Part shown: piece by piece, positions 14,801-22,600 of the stretch
How positions within the stretch are numbered: position 1 is the stretch's first letter
Layout of the letters: the number at the start of each line of letters is the position of its first letter
Virus record (IMG/VR): IMGVR_UViG_3300028588_000791
Location: 1 to 25,063 of that record
Length of the DNA stretch: 25,063 bases
Source of the DNA: a virus
Lineage: Duplodnaviria > Caudoviricetes
Direction: 5' to 3' (one strand)
The notes under the pieces: model-generated
Told to the model about the DNA's origin: nothing
The model's input: only the letters and a program-made list of their open reading frames with translations
Database searches by the model: none
Position numbers and translations under genes: made by a program

Positions 14801-16540
14801 CTCTCCGGAGGTAAGTTTGGCGCGCCATTCGTGCAAGTGCTCGACAAGCTGACTGGCGGCTTCATCAGCAAGATTAGTGGGAAGATCGGTAATGCCATCT
14901 TCGGTGGCAAGACCAGCGCGCAAGACGTCGGCGTGATGACGAACAAGACCACGCTCGCCGGCGCCATGGCGGGCGGGCTGAAGGCGCAAGGCTACGCTGA
15001 TATGAAGAAATCAGGCGGCCTGTTCCATAGCGATAAGTACTGGACCGACCCAACTGATCTTGGGGCAGAAGCCGACCAGCAGTTTACTGCCATCGTCAAG
15101 AACATGGCGAAGTCGGTTACCGAGGCAGGAAAACTGCTGGGTTTGGGCGGTACCGCATTCACGCAGCGGTTGGACGCTTTCGTAATCGATATCGGAAAGA
15201 TCAGCACAAAGGGCCTGAAGCCGGAGGAAATCCAGGCGCAGTTGGAGGCAGCGTTCTCGAAGGTTGCTGACGACATGGCTCGCTGGTCCGTGGGCGGCTT
15301 GAAGGACTTCCAGCAGGCCGGCGAGGGCGCATTCGAAACGCTGGTGCGCATCTCGGCGAACTACGCGAACCTCGACTCGGTTCTGGCAAGCGTCGGCAAG
15401 TCCTTTGGGCTCGTCGGCATGTCGAGCATTAGTGTTCGCGAAGACTTTATTGAGCTGGCCGGCGGGATCGACGAACTCGCAAGCAAGACTGCATCGTTCG
15501 CCGACAACTTTTTGACCGAGGCCGAGCGCCTGGCGCCGATCCAGAAATATGTGGCCGAGCAGCTGGCGGCGATGGGACTCTCCTCACTGCGCTCGCGCGA
15601 ATCGTTCAAGCAGTATGTCGTCGGCCTGGATCTGACCAACGCAGCTCAGCGTGAACAGTACCTGGCCTTGATGGATCTGCAAGAGGCATTCGCCAAGGTC
15701 TACCCGGAAATCATCGACACGACGGTCAGCCTGTCGAGCGCGAAGTCGATGCTGGTCGACGCCTACGATGCGGAAGCCGAAGCGATCCGCAACACGATGG
15801 ATCGGATGGGCTCGTTCGCCGCCAGCCTGCGCAGCCTGGCAAAGAGCGCCGTCCTTGGTGGCTTGTCCCCATTGTCTCCGCAGCAGAAATACTTCGAAGC
15901 CAAGGCGCAGTACGAGGCCGTGCTGGCGGCCGCACGTGGCGGGGATGAGTCAGCCCAGTCGAACTATCAAAGCGCCTTCAGCGCGTTCCTGGAGGCTTCG
16001 CGCACGGTGTTCGCGAGCGGTGCCCAGTACCAGGCTGACTTCGCGTACGCGCAAGCCGCGACCGAAGAGGCGGCGCGTTGGGCGGAGGCCCAGGTCGACG
16101 TCGGCAAAGCACAGCTCACGGCTTTGGAGACGCAAGTGGCCGGGCTGATCGAAGTTAAGAAAGAAGTGATGTCAGTGCGTGACGCGGTCCTGCAGCTGAA
16201 AACGATCATGGAACAGAATGCCGCGGCCCTGACTGCATATGCGCCGCCCACCGTGGGACCGATTGGTTATGCGCCGCCGGCGCTTGGCCCAATCAACTAT
16301 GCCGCCCTCGGCACATCGAACACTACATCGTTGGTGGCCGAGATCAAGGGGTTGCGTGACGACAACCAACAGCTGCGTGCAGAGGTGGCCGGTCTGCGTG
16401 CGGACCAGCAGGTGCAGACTGGCGACATCATCCGCGGTGGCGCCGTGGCGTCGCTTAATTCGGCCGAGACCATGGCCCGCGTTACCGGGGCGGCAATCTC
16501 GTCCCTCGGCCGAACCGAAGACAGGGTGGCTCCGCAATGA
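11876..16540 (+). CDS. Tail tape measure protein (1554 aa)
   Basis: Very long Ala-rich helical/coiled-coil ORF directly after the chaperones, with hydrophobic central segments and a C-terminal LSPLSPQQKY motif. Confidence 0.93.
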   Translation: MSVVGGSRAEIRVDVNGADTSRREIETVGDAMRRINAQTLQQVSGQVGGLTNRISSMQSKIGDVASYTVAGLSLAAFVQKIIGATDVLGDLDDMAQKYGATVENLSRLQKVANAFGVDFGTVDAAMGKLATGMAAADEEGGKTQAALAALGISARDTADKLRDPAVVMIEAAKALQRYEDGAGKTALVNDLLGKSGKDLLPYLNDVADNVDEFGAVSKEAVNRVTEMQDNIGRARVKFDELATSVGVDAAPAVNDLATAILDVMRSSNSLASSEGAEWADDLAVGVARVIDVAVTLPKIFTAISGSFKVVAADITFAAKAAYDAHPSRIAANIAAGRNPVADMRAALAERNKVLEEANAARDTLWNEPANQFEQATLKRIAARKTKGSESDAAPDDDKESLDNYLKEKKEKEAKEKAAQDAKKKAEEAAKREIESYTSLITGIRAKTEENRRSVEVEQELTESQKTRIRLDADLTSGKMKLTAAHRAAIDAALDDQAASEQARKEQLAQASATKFAEDGAATRAKSTAALNVEYQMYGKSADAREMAMVAVQAEADMQKKLADMRQAGLPITDKVLAQLKDETASRIYVEQATLGQSKALLYAAQLAEQNRRAEAENIADPQQRAQALLAIDAAVWQERINQAGVGNEARKQLETEYLAWYALRSKQSFADVDLERATQMLQIMESVDDAANEAASGMEQSFGRVGKAIGGLTTALTGYSRAQATIAAQLASALKNSGGDKSKIEKANAEAAKQSAQAQIQSYGDMAGAAKGFFDEHSRGYQAMEAAEKTFRAFEMALAVKTMLEKSGILTAFTSMFVASKATETAASVASVGPDVAASMTKGQAAAAAGVAAQAQGDPYSAWARMAAMAAVMAALGFAVAGGGGSDTTAKDRQAATGTGSILGDATAKSESIAKAIELSAANSSIELNYTAGMLRSLRSIESSISGLGGILAQNGVTGASPASDYGSAQKYGEMLSGGKFGAPFVQVLDKLTGGFISKISGKIGNAIFGGKTSAQDVGVMTNKTTLAGAMAGGLKAQGYADMKKSGGLFHSDKYWTDPTDLGAEADQQFTAIVKNMAKSVTEAGKLLGLGGTAFTQRLDAFVIDIGKISTKGLKPEEIQAQLEAAFSKVADDMARWSVGGLKDFQQAGEGAFETLVRISANYANLDSVLASVGKSFGLVGMSSISVREDFIELAGGIDELASKTASFADNFLTEAERLAPIQKYVAEQLAAMGLSSLRSRESFKQYVVGLDLTNAAQREQYLALMDLQEAFAKVYPEIIDTTVSLSSAKSMLVDAYDAEAEAIRNTMDRMGSFAASLRSLAKSAVLGGLSPLSPQQKYFEAKAQYEAVLAAARGGDESAQSNYQSAFSAFLEASRTVFASGAQYQADFAYAQAATEEAARWAEAQVDVGKAQLTALETQVAGLIEVKKEVMSVRDAVLQLKTIMEQNAAALTAYAPPTVGPIGYAPPALGPINYAALGTSNTTSLVAEIKGLRDDNQQLRAEVAGLRADQQVQTGDIIRGGAVASLNSAETMARVTGAAISSLGRTEDRVAPQ

Positions 16541-18021
16541 CCGATGCTCAGTTCTTGGCCTGGCTAAAAAGCTCGGCCGCTTATCGTTGTGTCTTGATTG
16601 AGGCGGCGGTGCGGGTGAATGGTGTCGAGACCACGGTCTACATGGCGACCAGGTCGTACACCACGGCGCCGACCGACGTGCCGGCCAACACCGCGTACCT
16701 CCCGATCGCCACGGTCGGCGCGCTCTTCACCGAGCGCCTGTCGCTCGAGGGTGATGGCGCGCTGTCGGCTGGTAGCCTGGAAATCGACAACACTGCCGGC
16801 GTGCGCGACACCTGGGCCGGCGCCGGCTACGTGTGGAAGAATCGCGAGATCAAGGCATACATCGGCGACATCCGCTGGCCGCGCGCCGACTTCCGCATGA
16901 TCTTCAACGGCATCGTGGCCGACATCGCGCCGAGCGGCCGGAGCAAGCTGGCCTTGAAGCTGCGCGACAAGCTGCAGCGCTTGAACACTGCGATCACCGA
17001 GGTGAAGCTGGGCGGCGAGACCGAGCAGAAGGATTCGCTGCTGCCGTTCGCGATCGGCCAGGTGTCGAACATCACGCCGCTGCCGATCAACCCGGCGACC
17101 CTGACCTATGGCTACCACTGCGCGTCGGCAGAGGGCGTCATCGCGAACGAAGCGCGCGACAACGGCGCACCGGTGGCGATGACATCGAACCCGGCTGCCG
17201 GTGCCGTGACCCTGGAATCGGCGCCGGCCGGCGCCGTGACGTTGTCCATCAAAGGCGACAACGGTGCCGGCTATTGCGACACTTCGGCCACCATGTGCCG
17301 GCGCCTGGCAACCGGGTACGGCAAGGCCGCTGACCGCTTCACCGATGCCGACCTCGACCTGGCGAACATTGCCGCCTTCGATGCCACGCATCCGCAGCCG
17401 ATGGGACTGTACTCCATCGATCGGCTGAACGTGCTGACGGCATGCCAGATGCTACTCGGCAGCATCGGTGCGCAGCTGGTGATGTCCCGCCTGGGCCTGA
17501 TGCGCCTGATCCAGGTCGCGCTTCCCGGTACTGGCACGCCGTTCGTGATCCGTCCGGAACACATGCTCGACGGTACGCTGGCGCCCGCCGGCCGCACCGA
17601 CGTGGTTGGCGCCGTGAAGCTGGGCTTCGCCAAGAACTGGACGGTGCAGGACGCCGGCACGCTCGCCGACCTGCCGGAGGTGCACAAGGCACTCTTCACC
17701 GAGGAGTGGCTGACCACCACCAAGACCGATGCGGCGACGCTGGCCACCTACCGCCTGAATGCCGAGCCGGTGCAGGTCGACACGATGCTGCTGACCCGGG
17801 CTGACGCCGATGTCGAAGCGCAGCGCCGCCTCGACCTGTGGAAGGTGCCGCGCACGACCTACGAGTTCGACGGCGTGCCCGAGTTGCTGCAGCTCGAGCT
17901 GGGCCAGGCGGTGACCGTCTTTAGCCCGCGCTTCGGCATGGACGCCGGGGTGTCCGGCATCGTTATTTCACTGGCGCCCGACTGGAACACCGGGCGCGTC
18001 AAGGTAGGGTTTCTCGTATGA
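16537..18021 (+). CDS. Tail tip / baseplate hub-like protein (494 aa)
   Basis: ATGA overlap with the tape measure gene. LPFAIGQVSNITP, EAQRRLDLW and LELGQAVTV..PRFG patterns seen in tail hub proteins; assignment mostly by synteny. Confidence 0.65.
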   Translation: MTDAQFLAWLKSSAAYRCVLIEAAVRVNGVETTVYMATRSYTTAPTDVPANTAYLPIATVGALFTERLSLEGDGALSAGSLEIDNTAGVRDTWAGAGYVWKNREIKAYIGDIRWPRADFRMIFNGIVADIAPSGRSKLALKLRDKLQRLNTAITEVKLGGETEQKDSLLPFAIGQVSNITPLPINPATLTYGYHCASAEGVIANEARDNGAPVAMTSNPAAGAVTLESAPAGAVTLSIKGDNGAGYCDTSATMCRRLATGYGKAADRFTDADLDLANIAAFDATHPQPMGLYSIDRLNVLTACQMLLGSIGAQLVMSRLGLMRLIQVALPGTGTPFVIRPEHMLDGTLAPAGRTDVVGAVKLGFAKNWTVQDAGTLADLPEVHKALFTEEWLTTTKTDAATLATYRLNAEPVQVDTMLLTRADADVEAQRRLDLWKVPRTTYEFDGVPELLQLELGQAVTVFSPRFGMDAGVSGIVISLAPDWNTGRVKVGFLV

Positions 18022-19742
18022 GCGCAGTGCTGAACGACCGCGACGCCATCCTGCAGGCCGCAACGGTGCGGATCGTCAATCCGAAGAACGCCTGGATCAA
18101 CCTGACGGCCAGCGCGCCAGGCTTCCACCTGAATGCAGCCGGCCAAGTCGACCTGGCCAAGGTGACCGTCACAGCGGACCTTGTCGGCCTGGACGACGCT
18201 GTCACCTTCACCGCCGCCGGCGGCACGCTGTCGAACGCCGTCGGCCGCAGCGTCGACGTCACTTATAACGGCCAAACAGCGATCCTGACCGCGACGGTGG
18301 TCAGCAATGGCGACGAATTCAAGCGCTCGCTGATCATCCCGGTGCTGCGCGACGGTGCGTCCGGTACCGGCACACCTGGTGCACGTGGCGCCGGCCACTA
18401 CTACGCTTCGGGGACGGCCTGGACCGACGCCTTGGCCAACATCACGGTGCCAACCACCAAGGTCATTGGCGACGTCGTGACGATCAGCAGCGGCACCTTT
18501 GTCATGGAGAAGCGGTGGACCGGCTCGGCATGGGTCGAGACCGGTACGGTCCTCAACGGCCGACTGATTGTTGACCAGTCGATCCTCACGGCGGCTTTGT
18601 CGGCAGGGGCAATCACAGCGGAGAAACTTGCCGTAGGTGCTGTAACCGCGCGGAGTCTGGCGGTCATGGGAGACGCGAATAACCTTATTCCCGACCCGCG
18701 CTTCAAGGATTTAGCATGGTGGAATTTGCTTGGACAGGAAGTCAGCGCGACTGACTGGACAGATAGCAACCAGGTCACGGGATGGAAGCAAAACGCCTCT
18801 CTCAAGTTGTTGCCTAATGGGTATGTACTGGAAGACGCCTGGACTGGCTCGATGCCAATCGTACCGGGTGCCACCTACCTGATCGAGTATCGGGTCGAGT
18901 TCAGCAGTGATTGGTATGGTGAGCTAACCATCGACTGGCACTGGCCGCTCGTCGCGTTCTACCAGAATGGCGTGCCATCTTCAGGCTACACGTGGCCGGA
19001 TGGTGGGCCTATTCAATACGCCAGTAACGCGCGAGGCGTGTACACCGTTGCCCATGTTGTAACTATTCCCAACGACCCCAGGCTGGTGAACTCAAATTTA
19101 CGCAGCCGGCGGCGCGTCCAAAACGGATCGGTGGAGATCGGCGGGTTTTCGATCACGCGGGTCATGGACAGCGTACTGATCAAGGACGGGGCGGTCACGG
19201 CGCAGAAGATTTCTGTCACTGAGCTGGCGGCAATCGTTGCCTTCCTGGGCAAGCTGCAGATCGGCCCGGCCGGTCATATCCGCCAAGGTATGTCGGCTTT
19301 CAACACAGGCAAAGGTTTCTGGCTGGGCGACGATAACGGCACCGCTAAGCTGGCACTTGGCGATCCAGGTGGAGCTGGAATCACATGGGACGGTGTGAGC
19401 CTCACTGTGAATAAGGCCGACTTCGGCACTTTTACGGCTGTGCTTTCGAGCGGCGGGATGACGTCGAGTGGCCCGAATGGAACTCGCGTCATGGGCAGTC
19501 GCCAGATGACTGGGAGTGGCGGGAAACTGCCGTACCGCAGCTTCTCATGGACCATCACGGACATCGAGGGGAATGCAGCGGCCCGCACCTTTATATCCGG
19601 AGAAAGTACCGACACCGTTTCGGTAACAGCGAGCGGTACGAACGCCACCACGCGCGTGCGCATTACCGGCACCATCATCGATGCCAACGGCCTGGCGGCG
19701 TCGGCTTCCTTTATCAGCACTGCATCGTTTGGGGCCGTATGA
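18018..19742 (+). CDS. Tail fibre / receptor-binding protein with putative carbohydrate-binding module (574 aa)
   Basis: Short G-X-Y stretch (GASGTGTPGARGAG) and shaft repeats (AGAITAEKLAVGAVTA; DGAVTAQKI) flanking a Trp-rich domain that starts NNLIPDPRF. Confidence 0.75.
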   Translation: MSAVLNDRDAILQAATVRIVNPKNAWINLTASAPGFHLNAAGQVDLAKVTVTADLVGLDDAVTFTAAGGTLSNAVGRSVDVTYNGQTAILTATVVSNGDEFKRSLIIPVLRDGASGTGTPGARGAGHYYASGTAWTDALANITVPTTKVIGDVVTISSGTFVMEKRWTGSAWVETGTVLNGRLIVDQSILTAALSAGAITAEKLAVGAVTARSLAVMGDANNLIPDPRFKDLAWWNLLGQEVSATDWTDSNQVTGWKQNASLKLLPNGYVLEDAWTGSMPIVPGATYLIEYRVEFSSDWYGELTIDWHWPLVAFYQNGVPSSGYTWPDGGPIQYASNARGVYTVAHVVTIPNDPRLVNSNLRSRRRVQNGSVEIGGFSITRVMDSVLIKDGAVTAQKISVTELAAIVAFLGKLQIGPAGHIRQGMSAFNTGKGFWLGDDNGTAKLALGDPGGAGITWDGVSLTVNKADFGTFTAVLSSGGMTSSGPNGTRVMGSRQMTGSGGKLPYRSFSWTITDIEGNAAARTFISGESTDTVSVTASGTNATTRVRITGTIIDANGLAASASFISTASFGAV

Positions 19743-20368
19743 TCGAATTCTTTGCCGAGTCCAACCGCGCAACAGGCATGGTCATACAGTGCCTGCAGGT
19801 CGAGCACCCGATCGAGGGTAATCCTTTCAATACCGACTGCGACTACTTGCCGCTCAGTGGGCCAGTCGACTGGAGCGTGCAACCATCGCCCACGTCGCAG
19901 CTCATACGGGTCGGTGACACAGTCGAGTGGCAAGAAACAGCGGGACTGTCCGAAACCCGCGCGTCTGCCATTGACGCCATCGACGCCGCCGGCGAGGCGC
20001 TGCGTCTGGCTGTTATCAACCGCATGACTACCCAGACCGAGGAGTACCGGCGCGTTGAGGCACAGGCCCGCGCCTGGCGCGATGCGGGCTACTTGGAGAG
20101 CGACGAGGCGACGGCGCCGCGCGGCGTGCGTGGCTGGGCGGCGGCGAAGTGGCGCGAGGGCTGGACGAACCGCCAGGCCTGCGACGACATCCTGGCCACG
20201 GCTGACGGCTGGTACAGCATCCTCGACACGATCCGCGACCTGCGCCTGATGAACAAGGAAGACGTGCGGCACGCCGCGGCCGCCGGCGAGATCGCCGCCA
20301 TCGTCGCCGACATGGAGGCGGACGTCCGGTTGATGGCCGCCCAGCTGCAACTCACTCTCACCTCGTAG
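19739..20368 (+). CDS. Tail fibre-associated / assembly protein (209 aa)
   Basis: ATGA overlap at 19739-19742 (the ORF-track start at 19547 is too long). Helical C-terminus IDAAGEALR...EYRRVEAQARAW...IRDLRL is typical of genes following fibres. Confidence 0.6.
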   Translation: MIEFFAESNRATGMVIQCLQVEHPIEGNPFNTDCDYLPLSGPVDWSVQPSPTSQLIRVGDTVEWQETAGLSETRASAIDAIDAAGEALRLAVINRMTTQTEEYRRVEAQARAWRDAGYLESDEATAPRGVRGWAAAKWREGWTNRQACDDILATADGWYSILDTIRDLRLMNKEDVRHAAAAGEIAAIVADMEADVRLMAAQLQLTLTS

Positions 20369-20375
20369 GAATAGC

Positions 20376-21197
20376 ATGCCCAACCTGAGAATCGTTTCTG
20401 ACAACGCGATCACCCGCGCCGCTTCGCTCGTTGCGTCGACCACGGCCGGCGGCCTGGCTGCGGCTAACCTGGCCAGCGATAAGAAGTCCAGTGTGCACCG
20501 CGCCACCAGCACGAGTGTGACGTACACGGCGACCTGGTCGGCCGCTGAACCGATCAGCTGCGTCGCGCTCCCGTTCTGCAACCTGTCGCCGACGGCAACA
20601 ATGCGCGTGCGCGCCTACGCCAGCAATGGCACCACCGTGCTCTACGACAGCGGGGCGGGCCTTGCCTGCCCGGCACCGGCGCAGCGGCCGCGCGGCTTCA
20701 CTGCCGCCCAGGCTGCCAGCGCGTACGCCTACGGTGGCGGTGCGTGCGCTCGACGCTGGTTCAACCAGGTCAACGCCTTCAAGCTAGTTATTGACATCGT
20801 GGACACCGCGAACCTACAAGGATACGTTGAGGCCGCGTGCATGGTGGCCGGCGCCGCCTGGTCGCCGCAGTACAACGCATCGGGGACGTCGGTCTCGGTA
20901 ATTGACCGAACCGAGATCTCGCGCAGCGCCGCGGGCGACCAGCTGGCCGATCCAGGCACGATCAGCCGCAAGGTGCCGGTCGACCTGCGCAAGATGTCGC
21001 CTGCCGACCGCGCCAAGTTCCTGGACCTGGTGCGCAATAGCCGCGCCTATCCTGTCCTGCTGTCCGTGTTTCCTGAGCATGCAGACCTCGCGCTTGAGCG
21101 CGACCACATGCTCTACGGGCGCCGCACGAAAGATTCCGACGTCGCCTACCAGTTCTCGGCCGTCTACTCCACCACCATCGAAATCGAGGAGATCTGA
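20376..21197 (+). CDS. Tail protein, probably distal-tail (Dit)-like with an N-terminal beta-sandwich (273 aa)
   Basis: AGGA ribosome-binding site. C-terminal 110 aa (DRTEISRSAAG...RKVPVDL...FLDLVR...PVLLSV...TIEIEEI) has a Dit/tube-fold-like pattern; inferred. Confidence 0.55.
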   Translation: MPNLRIVSDNAITRAASLVASTTAGGLAAANLASDKKSSVHRATSTSVTYTATWSAAEPISCVALPFCNLSPTATMRVRAYASNGTTVLYDSGAGLACPAPAQRPRGFTAAQAASAYAYGGGACARRWFNQVNAFKLVIDIVDTANLQGYVEAACMVAGAAWSPQYNASGTSVSVIDRTEISRSAAGDQLADPGTISRKVPVDLRKMSPADRAKFLDLVRNSRAYPVLLSVFPEHADLALERDHMLYGRRTKDSDVAYQFSAVYSTTIEIEEI

Positions 21198-21736
21198 TGC
21201 AAGACCAAGTAACCCTGCTGTTCACGCGCCGTCGCCGGAATCCCGTGTCGTGGCTTATTCGTTGGATGAAGCCGCGTAGCCGGATCGCGCTCGCGCTGTC
21301 GTCGCACGTGATCATCGCCATCGGCGACACCTGCTATGAGGCAAACATGCTCACGGGGGTGCGCAAGGACAAGCGCGCTGAGATTTTGAAGGGGCAGACA
21401 ATCGTGCGCGAGCGCGTGCACTACGTCCCCGACTTGGCCGCCGGCATTGCTTTCCTTGAGAGCCAGCTGTGCCGCTACGTGCCGAAGGCCCCAGGCTGGA
21501 TGCCGGGGCCGCTACGGCCGATGGCGTGCGCGGTGCTGCTGATGATCCATAACAACTACGACTTCGGTGGCGCGCTCGGCCTGGGCTTGGCGCCTGGCGA
21601 GAACTGGGCTGATCCGCAGAAGTGGTTCTGCTACGAGCTGGCCGCTGGCTTCTTCAGAGCCGCGGGGCGCGACATGTTCGACGCGCTCGATCGCATTTGC
21701 GAGACGGCGCTGTTGGCAATTAGCCCCGGCTGTTAG
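21197..21736 (+). CDS. Permuted papain-like (NlpC/P60 superfamily) amidase/peptidase (179 aa)
   Basis: His-before-Cys order: SHVII...YEA...GVR...YDF...KWFCYELA. TGATG overlap. Confidence 0.8.
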   Translation: MQDQVTLLFTRRRRNPVSWLIRWMKPRSRIALALSSHVIIAIGDTCYEANMLTGVRKDKRAEILKGQTIVRERVHYVPDLAAGIAFLESQLCRYVPKAPGWMPGPLRPMACAVLLMIHNNYDFGGALGLGLAPGENWADPQKWFCYELAAGFFRAAGRDMFDALDRICETALLAISPGC

Positions 21737-21751
21737 CCAGCCAATTTGTTG

Positions 21752-21799
21752 TCTCAATTTTCCGAGAATTGAGACGCGGCAATTGTTAACTTGGGGCCT
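21752..21799 (+). promoter_or_regulatory. Putative activator-dependent late (lysis) promoter, copy 3 (dyad plus -10 TAACTT)
   Basis: TCTCAATTTTCCGAGAATTGAGAC at 21752-21775, 11-nt spacer, TAACTT at 21787-21792; directly upstream of the holin. Confidence 0.75.
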
Positions 21800-21818
21800 T
21801 ATTTTCCAAGGCCTCCAA
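21791..21818 (+). promoter_or_regulatory. Hairpin occluding the holin ribosome-binding site
   Basis: TTGGGGCCTT (21791-21800) pairs with AAGGCC-T-CCAA (21808-21818): 10 bp with a 1-nt bulge and a 7-nt loop, covering AAGG and the A of ATG. Confidence 0.6.
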
Positions 21819-22051
21819 TGAGCAAAATTTCCGGTCCAGAACTGACGAGCTACGCTGGGAGCATCGTGGCCGTCGGCGCATCTCTTTCACTTACTCAGTG
21901 GGGCGTCATAGCTGGCATCGTGACAGCCCTGCTGACGTGCGCATTCAATTTCATCTATATGCGCCGGCGCGACGCGCGCGAGCAACGGCAGGCCGATTTG
22001 GCGGAGCGCGAATCGATCGCACGCCTGGCCGCCCTGGGGTTGAAGCCATGA
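21818..22051 (+). CDS. Holin (77 aa)
   Basis: MSKISGPEL start with AAGG site; hydrophobic segments (YAGSIVAVGASL, WGVIAGIVTALLTCAFNFIY) then a charged tail (RRRDARE); precedes the endolysin. Confidence 0.8.
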   Translation: MSKISGPELTSYAGSIVAVGASLSLTQWGVIAGIVTALLTCAFNFIYMRRRDAREQRQADLAERESIARLAALGLKP

Positions 22052-22590
22052 ACACCGCCATAGGCTTCCAGCCTATCTCGCTGGCGACCTTGGCGATGAT
22101 CATGCCAGCCGCTGGCACGCGCTGCGTTCGTTTCCTCGACCCCCTCAACGATGCGATGCGCGAATTCGATATCGACAGCGCACCGCGGAAGCGGTCCTTC
22201 CTCGCGCAGATCGCGCACGAATCCGGGCAGCTGCGCTACACGCAGGAGATTGCATCCGGCGTTCGTTACGAGGGCCGCAAGGACCTGGGCAATTCGCAGC
22301 CGGGCGACGGCGTGCGGTTCAAGGGCAGGGGCCTCATCCAGCTCACCGGTCGCGCCAACTACACCGCCTGCATGCTGGCCCTCGACATCGACTGCATCGA
22401 GCATCCTGAGTTGCTGGAGCTGCCCCGCGAGGCTGCACGCTCCGCCGGGTGGTTCTGGAAAGAACATGGCCTGAACGAGCTGGCCGACCTGGGCGACCAG
22501 GTGAAAGTCACGAAGCGAATCAACGGCGGGACCAATGGCTTGCCTGACCGGTTGGCCTTCTTCGATGCTGCCAGCCGTGTCATCTTCTGA
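22048..22590 (+). CDS. Endolysin, glycoside hydrolase family 19 (180 aa)
   Basis: FLAQIAHESG, GDGVRFKGRGLIQLTGRANY, SAGWFW and TKRINGGTNGL motifs. ATGA overlap with the holin. Confidence 0.95.
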   Translation: MNTAIGFQPISLATLAMIMPAAGTRCVRFLDPLNDAMREFDIDSAPRKRSFLAQIAHESGQLRYTQEIASGVRYEGRKDLGNSQPGDGVRFKGRGLIQLTGRANYTACMLALDIDCIEHPELLELPREAARSAGWFWKEHGLNELADLGDQVKVTKRINGGTNGLPDRLAFFDAASRVIF

Positions 22591-22600
22591 AAGGAACATC

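Noticed and set aside
18018-20368. Diversity-generating retroelement or invertible tail-fibre switch
   Set aside because: No reverse transcriptase, template/variable repeat pair, inverted fibre cassette or crossover repeats seen. The only recombinase has integrase architecture.
21751-21775. Dyad copy 3 as an intrinsic terminator
   Set aside because: It can fold as a hairpin but has no U-tract, and the central bases are conserved across copies, favouring a protein-binding site. A pause role is not excluded.
22048-22120. Signal-anchor-release segment on the endolysin
   Set aside because: The mildly hydrophobic N-terminus (ISLATLAMIMPAA) matches the normal first helix of GH19 phage lysins and lacks leading basic residues.
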